Below are positions 30,059 to 40,595 of a stretch of 64,000 nucleotides of DNA, in pieces. A program made the position numbers and the translations under genes. Every line of letters begins with the position of its first letter. The stretch's first letter is position 1. Location: the NCBI GenBank assembly GCA_039208735.1, contig JBCCQY010000027.1, forward strand, positions 1 to 64,000, in the 5' to 3' direction. Origin of the DNA: Myxococcota bacterium. Its GTDB lineage: Bacteria; Myxococcota_A; UBA796; GCA-2862545. Below the pieces are notes generated by a model. That model did not search any database. It worked only from the letters and a program-made list of their open reading frames with translations, and was not told the origin of the DNA.

Positions 30059-30823
30059 ATGATGGTCGCTGAAATTCAGAACGTCCTGGGAGCCCTGGCC
30101 GCAAAGGCAACAAGCGCCGCGTTTGCTGAACTGCTGGCCGTCGACAACGACGTGAAGATCGGTCGCGTGGCGGGGAGTGGCCTCGACGGTGATGTTCCGA
30201 GGACCGGAACGGGCTCCGTCTGGATGGTCATTCCCGAGCTGTGGACCTGCCGCCGCCAACTCCCTCTCAATGGCCTCGCCCGCCTAGGTGATGACCTGGT
30301 CGGGTTCGTGACCCGGGACAAGCGCATCGCGGGCATGGTGCTGGTTCGCAACGCCTCTCGACGGCCTGGAGCAATGGCGCTCGACACTTTGAGGGAAGCA
30401 ATCCAAGACCTGCGGCCACCTAACGAGACCGGAGAATCCTGGATCGCCGATCGACGGGGGCGCCCCCTTCTATGGCAAGCGGATCGACCCGCGCCAGCCA
30501 TCATTCCCAACGTACATGAGGGGCCCCTTCTGTTTTGCGGTGGTGCGTACCACACGACTCAGGCCCTTACTGGCGGAGAGACGCCGCGATTCATGGTCGC
30601 GCGTATGCCTGCTCGTTGGCTCAACATCACACCTCTCCTAAGGCTGTCGCCCCACCAGATCGAAGTGGCGGAGAGTGCCGCCGCCGGAGCGACCATTCCC
30701 GAGATTGCCAGGTCACTGAACCGCAGCGACGAAACCATAAAGTCGCATCTTCGGGAGGTGTACCGGCGGCTGGACGTTGGAAGTCGGCTCGAACTCGCCG
30801 AGATTTGCAACGCGGCTTGGTGA
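30059..30823 (+). CDS. LuxR-type HTH transcriptional regulator
   Basis: C-terminal LSPHQIEVA...EIARSLNRSDETIKSHLREVYRRLDV. Confidence 0.82.
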   Translation: MMVAEIQNVLGALAAKATSAAFAELLAVDNDVKIGRVAGSGLDGDVPRTGTGSVWMVIPELWTCRRQLPLNGLARLGDDLVGFVTRDKRIAGMVLVRNASRRPGAMALDTLREAIQDLRPPNETGESWIADRRGRPLLWQADRPAPAIIPNVHEGPLLFCGGAYHTTQALTGGETPRFMVARMPARWLNITPLLRLSPHQIEVAESAAAGATIPEIARSLNRSDETIKSHLREVYRRLDVGSRLELAEICNAAW

Positions 30824-30877
30824 CTGTGAACTGCCTCCGCTGCGCAGCTGTAGAATACGGCGGGCAGTGGAGGACCA

Positions 30878-32053
30878 GTGGCGAGACACGCAGTGGTGGT
30901 CGGAGAGGGCGTAGCAGCATGCGCTACGGTACTGACCCTCGAACGTACAGGGTTCGATGTCACACGGATGCGTTCGGTTCCCGAGTCCGACAGATCGACG
31001 ATTTTAGGACCGCCCGATGATCTGTGGATTGCACTATGGAAGAATGGAGTGAGTTGTCTACGGGCACTCGGAATCACAGACTTTCCAGACTCCAACACTC
31101 CAAAGTTCGAACGTGCACAATTTCGAGAGCATCGAGGAGCTGATGTAGCCACCGTATCGCTCGATCCAGGTGCGTTCTTCGTCCAGCGGCGCGTTCTTCG
31201 GCAACGGATTGAAAAGGAACTCAGAGCGCACCCGCCTGAGTCGGAGCTATGGACCGCCTGCGACCAACCCAACAGCGTGCATATTCACGACATGAGTGGG
31301 GGAGTGAAGAGCTGCGATTTGCTGATCGGTGCAGACGGCATCCGTGGTCGCACACGCCAAATGCTCCATGGCAACGCGGGCATACGATCGGCGAATCAAC
31401 AGGTCGTGTGCGGATTCACATCACTGAACGAGCCCTCCCTTCGTGCTGCTGTCGATCGATTCATTCCTGGAGGGTTAGCGCTGTCCACGGCTGACGATGC
31501 CTCGTTGTTCGTCGGGCTGCGAGTCGCAGACGATAGGCTGTATTGGTACTGTGCAGGTCTCGCTTCATTGGGAACGTGGGACTCTGTACCCGAACTGACC
31601 GCAGTGCTCGCACGACGATTCCGGTCGTTTCATGAGCCGATCCCTACCATCCTGGAGCACGGAACTCCGTCTCCACAAGGCCTTTTCGTGGAGGATCTTC
31701 GACCCGGAACACGGTTTACGCGCGGGCGAATCGCGCTGGTCGGAGATGCCGCGCATGCCATGACACCGGACCTTGGTCAAGGCTGCAACCAGAGCCTCGA
31801 AGACGCTGTGTCGCTTGGAAAGGCTCTTGGGAGGAAGACGAGCGTCCTTTCCGCGTTGCGGGACTTCGCGCACGAGCGGGAACCTCGCGCAGGGCTGATC
31901 ACGGAAGTCTCCTACCTGCTCTCTCAAGCCACGCTGCCTGGCTCGTCGCTGGGAGCCGTCGCACGGGATGGTCTAATGTGGTTGGGTCGACCCTTTCACG
32001 TTGCTTCCATGCGCTGGATCCTCGACGGAGGTCCGGCCCAGGCCGCAGGATGA
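30878..32053 (+). CDS. FAD-dependent monooxygenase (salicylate hydroxylase-like family)
   Basis: DLLIGADGIRG, IALVGDAAHAMTPDLGQGCNQSLEDA; GAGG RBS. Confidence 0.9.
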   Translation: MARHAVVVGEGVAACATVLTLERTGFDVTRMRSVPESDRSTILGPPDDLWIALWKNGVSCLRALGITDFPDSNTPKFERAQFREHRGADVATVSLDPGAFFVQRRVLRQRIEKELRAHPPESELWTACDQPNSVHIHDMSGGVKSCDLLIGADGIRGRTRQMLHGNAGIRSANQQVVCGFTSLNEPSLRAAVDRFIPGGLALSTADDASLFVGLRVADDRLYWYCAGLASLGTWDSVPELTAVLARRFRSFHEPIPTILEHGTPSPQGLFVEDLRPGTRFTRGRIALVGDAAHAMTPDLGQGCNQSLEDAVSLGKALGRKTSVLSALRDFAHEREPRAGLITEVSYLLSQATLPGSSLGAVARDGLMWLGRPFHVASMRWILDGGPAQAAG

Positions 32054-35000
32054 CCGCAACCGCATCTCGATCCTTTCCGGAACGCTTCACCTGGAAGGAG
32101 GCGCTTGGAAGCGGCCAACTTGGCGAAGTCGATCTTGTTCATGACCACGACCTTGAAATTGACGTGGCCCTGAAGAACCTGCCGACTCCCGACCCAGGCC
32201 TCATCACATCGCTAAAGCACGAGTTCCGGCTTGCCAGTAGCCTGGAACATCGCAACCTGGTGCGTCTGTACGAACTATTGATCGACGATCATCATTGTGC
32301 ATTCACAATGGAACCGATCCATGGGGACCTCTTTACGATTGTCTTGAGCCAAGCACTGGAGGACGGAGACGACGAGCGTGTTCGATCGTTGGTGAGTCAA
32401 CTCGTGGCTGGCGTGGCCCAACTCCATGACGCCCACATCATCCATCGCGACGTGAAACCGACAAACGTCCTCGTTGAACATCAATCGGATCGAGTGGTCG
32501 TACTGGACCTTGATCTCGCCTGGTCAACCAGGCTCGGCATGCCGAGAAGCGCTAGTGGAACACCGCAATACATGGCGCCGGAGGCCCTGTGGGGCCGAGC
32601 CAACTATGAATCGGATTGGTATGGGGTGGGAGCAACCCTCTGTGAAGCCGTCTGGGGCGCACCCCCTTCACAGGTGGTCCGTCATTCAGACGGGGTGCCC
32701 AGTTGGCTTGTTTCGGTCATCGACGAGTTGCTTTCGGAAAAGCCAGAAGATAGGCCCAATCGCTTTGAACTGCGCCAGAAACTTGGTCTCGATGCCCCAT
32801 CCGCACCGCCCTACGTTCCTCTGCTCGGGCGCAAGGCGGAATTGGCGAGATTCGACCAAGCCCTGGAGAACCTTCGGCGCGGATTGCCCGACGCACTGCT
32901 GGTGACGGGCCCATCGGGAATGGGCAAATCTCGGTTGCTCGAGGAGTTTCTGCTTCGGGCACGCCCAGAATCAGATGTCCTCATTCTCACCGGCAACTGC
33001 CGAAATGCCGAAACGCTTCCATTTAAGGCGATCGACCCATTGGTGGCGTCACTGACCGACCACATCGACCGTCGGCGAAGGGAAGATGCCGCGTGGTGGG
33101 ACCCACCTGAGGAGTGGTGGCCCGCAACCTATTTGTTTCCTGAGCTGGTCCAGGTCCTGTCCCCACCCCCACCAAGTGGCGTGGTTCATCTGCCGGAAGC
33201 CCGACGCCGGCTGGCCATCGTGGCATTGCGAGGCCTCTTAGGGTGGTTGGCCCAGCAGTCGAGGCTGGTTTGGATGCTTGATGACGCTCAATGGGGAGAC
33301 GAGGCCAGTGCTGGGCTTCTGCGCCAGCTCGTGACTGAACCCACGCCACTTCCAGTGTTGATGGTGGTCGCTGCCCGGACCGAACCTTCATTAGGCCCCT
33401 TTGTTGAGGCGTGGCGCCTGTCCACCCAGCCCGATGTGGTCCAAATGCAGCGATTGCTGACAGCGGACATTGAAGAACTCCTGGGTGAAACTATCGATCC
33501 TTCGATGGTCAAACAGGTTGCGGAACAGTGTGATGGCAATCCGTTCCTGCTCCAAGAAGCTGTTCGAAATGCCACGCTCGGCCGAACTCTCAACATCCAC
33601 GATGTGGAAGGGGAGCGTCTCCGTGGGTTGAGTCCCATCGAACGGGATCTCGCTACGTTACTGGCTCTTGCCAAAGGCCCCGTCCCTCGTGCCGCCGTCC
33701 TGCAAGCCATCGGAGCCAGCGCTGACGCTTTTTCGGCGATTCTGAGCCTTGAGAGACTAGGGCTACTCCACGTCGTTGCAGGTGACCGTACCTTGGCGAC
33801 CGGGCACGCGCGGTACCGTGAACGACTTCTTTCGGAGGTTGATGACCGGACACGACGTTCGGGACACGGACGGCTGGCCGATGCACTGGCTCGCTTTCGA
33901 GGGTTGTTGGGTCCTGCTCGATTGCTACCTCATCTCATCGGAGCGGAACGTTTTGGAGAGGTTTGCCAAGTCGCGCTTGAAGCTGCGGCGACTGCTCAGG
34001 GTACCTCGAGATTTGAGGAAGAGGCTGCCTATCTCGAAATGGCCATTGAATATGGTCCGGTCTCCGACCGCTGGTCATTGATGGAGCGCCAGGGGGACGC
34101 TTGGCGCGCGGCGGGACTCGGACCAAAGGCAAGCCAGGCATACCTAGAGGCCCTTGCAGCGTCGGATCAACGTGGAAGCCTGGCGCAGCGCCGGCGGCTC
34201 TTGGTCAAAGCGGGTCAGGAACTCATCCGTCATGGAGAACAGGCCCGCGGCACAGAACTTCTCCGTACTGCGTTGCGTGAACTGGGCGTACGAGCCCCTC
34301 GCACGGCCAACGCAGCTTTGATGATGGGAGTGTTTACCCGCCTGCCCGTGTACCTGTGGGGGCTCATCAGAGCGCCGCATCGCGAGGACAAGCAACTTCC
34401 CGCGCGGGTCGAAGAACGGCTCAACGCACTATGGATGGCGACCAACGCCCTTTCTCAGGCCGATGTGACCCTAAGCTTCGCGCTGTCTGGGCGCTATCTG
34501 GCTGAAGCGGTTCGTTGTCGTGCTCCCAAGCACATGCATGCGGCACTCGGCACGGAGGCAGCCATCCACGCGTCCATCGGCAACGCGGCCTCGACGCAAC
34601 GTGTCGACGAACTGTTGACTCACATCACTTCGCTGGCCGATGCCACGGATGAAGAGTGGCGCATCGGCACCCCTGCGTTCATTGGCGTAGCCGCCTGGCA
34701 TCTGGGGCGTTGGGCTGAAGCGGAGGCGGCGAGCATTCAAGCGACCAATGCCTTTCGGCGTTCCCCGATTGGTCATGCGTGGGAATTGGCCACGATGCAG
34801 CACTACGCTTTCTCCGCCCGGTTCTTCCGCGGCGACATTGAAGGTTTGCAGGACGCGGTTGATGAGGCACGCGAAGCGGCGATTGATCGGGGTGATCGCC
34901 ATGCGGCATCGGCGCTCGCGCTTGGAGAGCCGGGCCTGGTGCGGCTGCTCGAGGGACGGCCGGAAGAAGCGCACCGGGCACTCAAGGAGGCGGATCAGGC

Positions 35001-35436
35001 TGGTTTTGTAGCGGGTCCTGACTTGACGACCTATTACTACACTGTCCTAGAGGGGCATCTCGCCTTGTTCGAAGGGCGTTTCCACGACGCTAGGCGAGTC
35101 CTTGAGGAACGTTGGCCTCTGTTTCGCCAGGGCCGCGTCTTGGATGTCCAGAACGCCAGGGCGTGGCTCACGTACCTCAAGGGCATCGCCATTGCGCGAA
35201 CCAGTGAACGACAACAGGGAGCCTCCAGGTTGCGCGCCTGTGTCCGCACCTTGAAGGCATGCACCACCCGCCCCGCTGCGGGGATGGCCTCCGCCCTCGA
35301 AGCGAGACGGGCAAAACTTCTCGGCCGCCCCACTGAGGCGGCAGAGGCTCAAGCTCGTGCAGACGAGCAGCTGGCCAAGGCCGACACCTGGATTCTGCGT
35401 AGCACGTCCGAAGGGGCAAGCTGGCTTCGTCTATAG
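32050..35436 (+). CDS. Ser/Thr protein kinase + AAA ATPase + TPR-like protein
   Basis: GSGQLG, VALK, HRDVKPTN, GTPQYMAPE; second Walker A GPSGMGKS, LDDAQWGD, GNPFLL; ATGA overlap with the monooxygenase stop. Confidence 0.9.
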   Translation: MTATASRSFPERFTWKEALGSGQLGEVDLVHDHDLEIDVALKNLPTPDPGLITSLKHEFRLASSLEHRNLVRLYELLIDDHHCAFTMEPIHGDLFTIVLSQALEDGDDERVRSLVSQLVAGVAQLHDAHIIHRDVKPTNVLVEHQSDRVVVLDLDLAWSTRLGMPRSASGTPQYMAPEALWGRANYESDWYGVGATLCEAVWGAPPSQVVRHSDGVPSWLVSVIDELLSEKPEDRPNRFELRQKLGLDAPSAPPYVPLLGRKAELARFDQALENLRRGLPDALLVTGPSGMGKSRLLEEFLLRARPESDVLILTGNCRNAETLPFKAIDPLVASLTDHIDRRRREDAAWWDPPEEWWPATYLFPELVQVLSPPPPSGVVHLPEARRRLAIVALRGLLGWLAQQSRLVWMLDDAQWGDEASAGLLRQLVTEPTPLPVLMVVAARTEPSLGPFVEAWRLSTQPDVVQMQRLLTADIEELLGETIDPSMVKQVAEQCDGNPFLLQEAVRNATLGRTLNIHDVEGERLRGLSPIERDLATLLALAKGPVPRAAVLQAIGASADAFSAILSLERLGLLHVVAGDRTLATGHARYRERLLSEVDDRTRRSGHGRLADALARFRGLLGPARLLPHLIGAERFGEVCQVALEAAATAQGTSRFEEEAAYLEMAIEYGPVSDRWSLMERQGDAWRAAGLGPKASQAYLEALAASDQRGSLAQRRRLLVKAGQELIRHGEQARGTELLRTALRELGVRAPRTANAALMMGVFTRLPVYLWGLIRAPHREDKQLPARVEERLNALWMATNALSQADVTLSFALSGRYLAEAVRCRAPKHMHAALGTEAAIHASIGNAASTQRVDELLTHITSLADATDEEWRIGTPAFIGVAAWHLGRWAEAEAASIQATNAFRRSPIGHAWELATMQHYAFSARFFRGDIEGLQDAVDEAREAAIDRGDRHAASALALGEPGLVRLLEGRPEEAHRALKEADQAGFVAGPDLTTYYYTVLEGHLALFEGRFHDARRVLEERWPLFRQGRVLDVQNARAWLTYLKGIAIARTSERQQGASRLRACVRTLKACTTRPAAGMASALEARRAKLLGRPTEAAEAQARADEQLAKADTWILRSTSEGASWLRL

Positions 35437-35856
35437 AAGAGTGAGATTGTCTCGATCCCTACCCGCGAATGGCTTCCCAAAAGCCTTCGCCGAAATCGGG
35501 CTCTTACCGATGCGTTCCCCAATCTGCTGGGTTGCCCACAACGACTGTAGGATTTCGGCCGATTTGTCAGGATCGTCGATCCGTGCGGCAACCTTACTTT
35601 TTGAGCGCAATTCTTGCCACAGTCGTTGGAGCCGTGCAGGTCCGTCCTGCAGCACACATGGGGGGCCATTCTCGCCGCAGGTACATCCTCCTCCTCCGGC
35701 ACCTGTGCAAGAATGTGCACCTGAGGCGTGCTCGATGCCGTTGCATACCGTGAAGTCACAATCATCTACGAGCGTCGTTTCTAGAACGATGAATCGGATG
35801 TTTCCCTGCCAGATTGCGAGAGAATTGGTGGAGTCATCAATCTCAATCTCTATCAA
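35431..35856 (-). CDS. hypothetical protein, last gene of the isoprenoid operon
   Basis: Start overlaps the stop of the flavoprotein gene; 141 aa with several Cys. Confidence 0.5.
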   Translation of the reverse strand: MIEIEIDDSTNSLAIWQGNIRFIVLETTLVDDCDFTVCNGIEHASGAHSCTGAGGGGCTCGENGPPCVLQDGPARLQRLWQELRSKSKVAARIDDPDKSAEILQSLWATQQIGERIGKSPISAKAFGKPFAGRDRDNLTLL

Positions 35857-38495
35857 CGATCTTCCCTCCGGTTGAGCAGGACCGCCAGGTGATTGACCAG
35901 GGCCGTCCCAATGCCCGAAAAGGACTGAGCGTAGCTCCTGATGGCCTCACCGAGGGAGTCCGGCTTATTGGACCCGAACACACTAGATTCAATCTTGAGA
36001 ATATCGACGAGGTGGGGAAGCCCGCGAGCGGTTAGCTCACGATCCAGCCGCCGCATAAACTCTAGGTCGTCAAGCTCACGCTCGTCGACATCATACAGTG
36101 AACAAGGTGTGAACAGCATCTCGTTCGTGACCTTCATGCGAGCATTCAACAGCGCATTTGTCGCGCGTCGGGCAGACTCGTTTGCAGCTTCCATCGTTGG
36201 GATTCGTGTACTCGTAGGAAGCCATGTCCCACAAAAGACCACGGTATCTCCAAACCACGCTCGGTAGCATGCTGTTTCATACTTGCGCCAAAGCGCAGCG
36301 AGCTCAACCGTATTTACCAGGTAGGGGCTCGAATTCTTAATGACCTGACGCGGACTCGACAGGGTAGGCTCTCCAAAGTGGATGGCCTGATCGATGAAGA
36401 AATCGGGCGGCGTCTCGGGAAGATCGGCCCCCGCAGATGACAAACCCCTGCTAAGCTGTTGCCAGACCTCCTCTGCAAGCTGTTGTTCATCGCACTTCCA
36501 GGCAACTTTTCCGGTTCGGGACTCTACGTTCCAAGCCCCAATGATCACAGAAATGGCACCCCGATAGCCGAACTCTCGGCTGCGTCGTCGACCTCGGAAC
36601 TGTCCCTGGGAAATCGAAGACAGACGCCACTCGGAGTCGGGGTAGTAGATGTGACCATCCAGAATTTCGTAGTCACGATGCATGAAAAACTGGATGCCTG
36701 CGAAATGTCGGTACGGAAGTTTTTCAGGCGGAGCCATTTCAGTCGTGACCGCCTGCTCATAGGTCTTGACATCCTCCAACGTGACTTGGTCCCAGGTGGT
36801 CTCCCGTTGTTCGATGTGTTGCAAACCGCTCGCAACCAAATCCAGTGCCAACGCAATGGGCGAAGCCGCAAGCTCATCCCGAATGGGTTGCTGGAGGTCT
36901 TTGTGGAGGCTCTCGTCGATGGAGTCCCGAAGCCCGACGCCTAGCCGGGCAACGGTTAAGGGGGGCAATGCCAACGCGATGTACCGCCTTTGAGAGGGCG
37001 TACGGTCAGCAAAGGGAATGTTTCTTTTGTGTTTTGAGCCGTAGTCAAGTTGAATCGCAGGATTACCCTGCTCGGAGGTCACGAAGCGAAGCGAATCGAG
37101 GTTGCGGCGGAAAGCCGTTACAACGTATTCTTCGCGAAGGAAGTCAATCCAAGGGTCGAGCCAGGCCTCGGTGGTGGGACCGTTGAGCGTACCGTCGATG
37201 ACGGGCTCTTTTCGGATGTGAGACAGTAACAACTGCATGGTGATGGAGCCGAAGGTTCGAGCATCCGCTAGATCGGCGCGCAGCCCAACGAGGGCTTGTG
37301 GCCAGTGCACTAGGGCATTGCGGTAGGCTGGTCCGGCGGACTCACCTCTCGAAAATGTGAACCAGGTGGTGCGCTCGTATTGTTCCCGCCGAGCTGGACA
37401 GCTGGTGAGGTACCGAAAGGTGGCGAGTTGGCCTCGTTGAGCGTCCTCGTTGGTAATGCCAAGTTCGTGCTGAATGGCATCCGCGAACCGAGAGAATTCC
37501 GCCCAAGACTGCTTCAGCGTCCGTGGTAATACGACAGGCCGGTGGCCAGACTCGGAGGCAAAGGCGTGCTGATCCACTGAGATCAGGTTGTCGAACACAC
37601 TATGCAGAGATGGTTCAAACTGTCCTGGGTCCCAAAAATCCCCCGGAAAAGCACTCTGCAACGCACGATTGATGGAAGGCTGGAACGGTCGACCTGGGAT
37701 GAACGTGCGACGCATGGTGTCAAACAGGTGTTTGTAGAACCCTGGAAAGAATCGGTAGCCGTGTTCGCCAGGAACGAGTTCCTCATGCAGAGCGATGACG
37801 ACGCACGGCTGAACCTTGCTTGGATCGGGTTTGAAGAGCCGACTCAGTTCGTCTTCACGACGATAATCTGTCGCCTGCAACACCTCCTCTGCAGAGCCGA
37901 GCCTACCGCTGCGTACAACCAAGGGAAAGGGGGGCCGAGGTCCCGTGACGTCCTTTCCCCGTTGGAGGAGGTCCTGAAGCTCGTTCTTGACTTTCTCGGC
38001 ATTTCGTTCGGCATCCTGGGCGTTGCTCGCGATCCCACCCACAAAAACCAGGCTTGCCCAACCCTTGGGAATGTCTGCTTCAGCTGCCCAATCGAGGATT
38101 CGCGTGGCGATGCCACGCAGTTGCTGGGTTCGGTCCTTGTCGGACATCACGAGGCGAGGCCAGCGACCTGCACGCCGCTTCTTTGTCTCGGTCTTCACGT
38201 CGGCCCACAAGTCCGTCGGGGGCCGGAGATGTCGCGGTCGATTGTCTACCCGAAGAGCCGTCTGGTGAAACCAGCCGATCTCCGGTAACATTTTGCTGAA
38301 GATCGGTGCTGCGCCGTACTGGTTTGCGGCAAGACCACCGAGCCTCGGATCCGAGAGCGTCCGGCTATCGACAGCGGCTTCAAACAGCCCGATGCTAAAT
38401 CCGCGTTGAGCAAGTTCATGGGCGGCTGTCATGCCGGCTACACCTGCACCCACAATGTTCACAACGCCGGGCTTAAGGTCGGTTTCGTTGATCAT
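35853..38495 (-). CDS. FAD-dependent oxidoreductase (HpnE/carotenoid desaturase-like superfamily) with a large insertion
   Basis: IVGAGVAGMTAAHEL, LGGLA, PGEHGYRFFPGFY.H..DTM.R, LNGPT.EAWLDPW, TMEAANESARRA.NA. Confidence 0.85.
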   Translation of the reverse strand: MINETDLKPGVVNIVGAGVAGMTAAHELAQRGFSIGLFEAAVDSRTLSDPRLGGLAANQYGAAPIFSKMLPEIGWFHQTALRVDNRPRHLRPPTDLWADVKTETKKRRAGRWPRLVMSDKDRTQQLRGIATRILDWAAEADIPKGWASLVFVGGIASNAQDAERNAEKVKNELQDLLQRGKDVTGPRPPFPLVVRSGRLGSAEEVLQATDYRREDELSRLFKPDPSKVQPCVVIALHEELVPGEHGYRFFPGFYKHLFDTMRRTFIPGRPFQPSINRALQSAFPGDFWDPGQFEPSLHSVFDNLISVDQHAFASESGHRPVVLPRTLKQSWAEFSRFADAIQHELGITNEDAQRGQLATFRYLTSCPARREQYERTTWFTFSRGESAGPAYRNALVHWPQALVGLRADLADARTFGSITMQLLLSHIRKEPVIDGTLNGPTTEAWLDPWIDFLREEYVVTAFRRNLDSLRFVTSEQGNPAIQLDYGSKHKRNIPFADRTPSQRRYIALALPPLTVARLGVGLRDSIDESLHKDLQQPIRDELAASPIALALDLVASGLQHIEQRETTWDQVTLEDVKTYEQAVTTEMAPPEKLPYRHFAGIQFFMHRDYEILDGHIYYPDSEWRLSSISQGQFRGRRRSREFGYRGAISVIIGAWNVESRTGKVAWKCDEQQLAEEVWQQLSRGLSSAGADLPETPPDFFIDQAIHFGEPTLSSPRQVIKNSSPYLVNTVELAALWRKYETACYRAWFGDTVVFCGTWLPTSTRIPTMEAANESARRATNALLNARMKVTNEMLFTPCSLYDVDERELDDLEFMRRLDRELTARGLPHLVDILKIESSVFGSNKPDSLGEAIRSYAQSFSGIGTALVNHLAVLLNRREDR

Positions 38496-38898
38496 CGGTA
38501 GTCTCCTGACAGTACTCACGAAAGCCCTGCAGGAGCGCGGGGGCTTCTGGGGAACGAATGCAGGCATTCAGGAACACGCCAAGGGCTGACTCCAGAGCCA
38601 GGAGGTCCTGGAGCGTGCCGACGAACTCCAACTCTCCCGAGCCCAAAGCGGCCAGCAGCGTAGTGTCGTGATCCAAAAGGCGAAGCAGCGCACCCGGCGA
38701 CGTGCGCACGGTCACGGGGGATGACCTTGCAGGGGCTGTTCTTAGCTGGGCGTCGGTTGCGCTGAGACAGAAGCGCTCGTCAGAGCATTCGACGAGCACG
38801 CGGACGCTCGCGATCAAGGTCACCACCTGCGCATACAAAGCCGGGTGGCGGCGATGCACCATCGAGACGGCAGGTTCGACGAATCGACTCCGGAACAC
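38473..38898 (-). CDS. SCP2 sterol/lipid-carrier domain protein
   Basis: VRTSPGALLRLLDHDTTLLAALGSGELEFVG, typical of the SCP2 C-terminus; operonic position. Confidence 0.72.
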   Translation of the reverse strand: MFRSRFVEPAVSMVHRRHPALYAQVVTLIASVRVLVECSDERFCLSATDAQLRTAPARSSPVTVRTSPGALLRLLDHDTTLLAALGSGELEFVGTLQDLLALESALGVFLNACIRSPEAPALLQGFREYCQETTDDQRNRP

Positions 38899-38899
38899 A

Positions 38900-39937
38900 T
38901 CACGCTCCCAGGAATTCGAAAACGGTGTTGCACGTCAGTTCGATGGGCCCGTCGGCCGTCTTGCCCTGCACATGACAAGAACCTGAAACCTCGTTGATGA
39001 TCGTCACCCCGAGGTCGTCGTCGTTCGGAATGATCACCTGCGCAACGGCGCGGCTTTCGAATGTGACGTAAACGGAGGCTGTGGCGTGGTGTGCCTCAAT
39101 GATGACCCGGGCCGGGATATCCGTCGCCGATCCTTGAGAGAGAAGGGCCATGACTGGCGGCAGCTTGTGAACGTACGAAGGGCGAAGTAATCCTTCGTGT
39201 CGAATCGTAATCTCGGTGTCGCGAAAGGCCTCGGCAGGTCGAGCACCATGCCAAAGGAACGCGGTCTGCATCAGGATTCGAGTAAGGGAGCGGTCGTTGA
39301 GTCTGGCGAATACGAAGGACCATGGATTGTGGGGCTCCGCGGGAATCGCAAACCCCCATTCCCATGCGAAGTCACGGCCCCACCTAAAGTGACCCCAGTT
39401 GTGGTCATGATAGGCTGGAGTTCGGTCGAGTCGCAGTCGCCGTTCCCCCACGCTGACTTCGCCCGTTGCATGGAGTCGAGGCACCACCACCCAGTGGATC
39501 GGTGGGCTATCTCCAACCACCACGTTGTAGACGGGCACCGGCAAGGCCATAGGGGAAAGCGACACGTCGAGACGAATCTCTGGGGTGCTGTGGGTTTGTG
39601 CCCACAAGCGGTATCGACCGTTCTCAAAACGCAATCCACTGGGCCCGAAATCTGCTTCGATGGTTCCACCTCGCACGCCGATGGCTCCGGCGGGAAACGT
39701 GTCGATCGCACCGTGCCAGCGGTCATTCATCTGAACCATCAAAGTTTGACGGACGTCTGTGTCACTCCCCGATGGATGGTCCACCTCGCTGAAGTTCACC
39801 AGCAGATCAAGACCGCCCGCATAGATGCAAAAGTGCATCCACTCCTTGAATCCAGGCTCAAAGCCAATTCTGGACGGCGGCCGACGAAACCAGTCGGTTC
39901 GTTCAATGGCTCTCGCCAACTCGGCTCTCCCGATCAT
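38900..39937 (-). CDS. CrtC/AttH/tocopherol-cyclase-like beta-barrel enzyme
   Basis: FKEWMHF, AYHDHNWG, WEWGF motifs; all-beta pattern. Confidence 0.72.
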   Translation of the reverse strand: MIGRAELARAIERTDWFRRPPSRIGFEPGFKEWMHFCIYAGGLDLLVNFSEVDHPSGSDTDVRQTLMVQMNDRWHGAIDTFPAGAIGVRGGTIEADFGPSGLRFENGRYRLWAQTHSTPEIRLDVSLSPMALPVPVYNVVVGDSPPIHWVVVPRLHATGEVSVGERRLRLDRTPAYHDHNWGHFRWGRDFAWEWGFAIPAEPHNPWSFVFARLNDRSLTRILMQTAFLWHGARPAEAFRDTEITIRHEGLLRPSYVHKLPPVMALLSQGSATDIPARVIIEAHHATASVYVTFESRAVAQVIIPNDDDLGVTIINEVSGSCHVQGKTADGPIELTCNTVFEFLGA

Positions 39938-40212
39938 CGAAGCAAGTCGTTTAGGAAATGGCCATGAGCTTGCTCAATTGGCTCCTGTGTTCGCGGCGGT
40001 GCCACACGTTCCAGGGACTCAGCGAGCGCAATCAAGCCAAGGACAGCCAACGTGACCGACGACGGTTCTCCATCGGGGATATCGCCTGTTGAAGGCGGAG
40101 CAAGCTCACCGAGCCAACGGTGCAGACGCTCGGTGCCAGACAACATGCCGAGCACCGCTTGCAGCAAAAGATTCTGATCAGAATAGCGGTTGGGCCGCCG
40201 GTCCAGGATCAT
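39934..40212 (-). CDS. hypothetical protein
   Basis: ATGA-coupled on both sides within the operon. Confidence 0.62.
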   Translation of the reverse strand: MILDRRPNRYSDQNLLLQAVLGMLSGTERLHRWLGELAPPSTGDIPDGEPSSVTLAVLGLIALAESLERVAPPRTQEPIEQAHGHFLNDLLR

Positions 40213-40595
40213 TGCGGCACACCCTTGATGCCGTCTTCCAACACTTCTTGAACTCGATCCGCAACCGAGGGATCCGTGGCTGCTCGTACGATGGCTTCGA
40301 CGATGGCAGTGGGCAAAACAACCTGATCATCATCGTCGAACGTTCGCAACGGGAGACCATCCCAGATGACGCGGACCCGTTCTACGAGTTCAGAGCCCTC
40401 GAGGCGGGCCAGCCACTCGGCACCGGAGTCTGTCCGGCTGAATCGACGTCCCTCCTGGACAAGTGATGCAAACAGTGCCTGTGCCGCCACGGGATGTCCA
40501 AGCACCGACCGTCTCAACGCCCGCAATGCCTCGGTGACCTCGTCAACGGCATTGTAATGGAACACCACACAGCCTGGCGCGTGGTCGTCGCTCAT
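40209..40595 (-). CDS. hypothetical helical protein
   Basis: ATGA coupling, AGGAG RBS; HPVAAQALFASLVQEGRRF motif. Confidence 0.72.
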   Translation of the reverse strand: MSDDHAPGCVVFHYNAVDEVTEALRALRRSVLGHPVAAQALFASLVQEGRRFSRTDSGAEWLARLEGSELVERVRVIWDGLPLRTFDDDDQVVLPTAIVEAIVRAATDPSVADRVQEVLEDGIKGVPQ

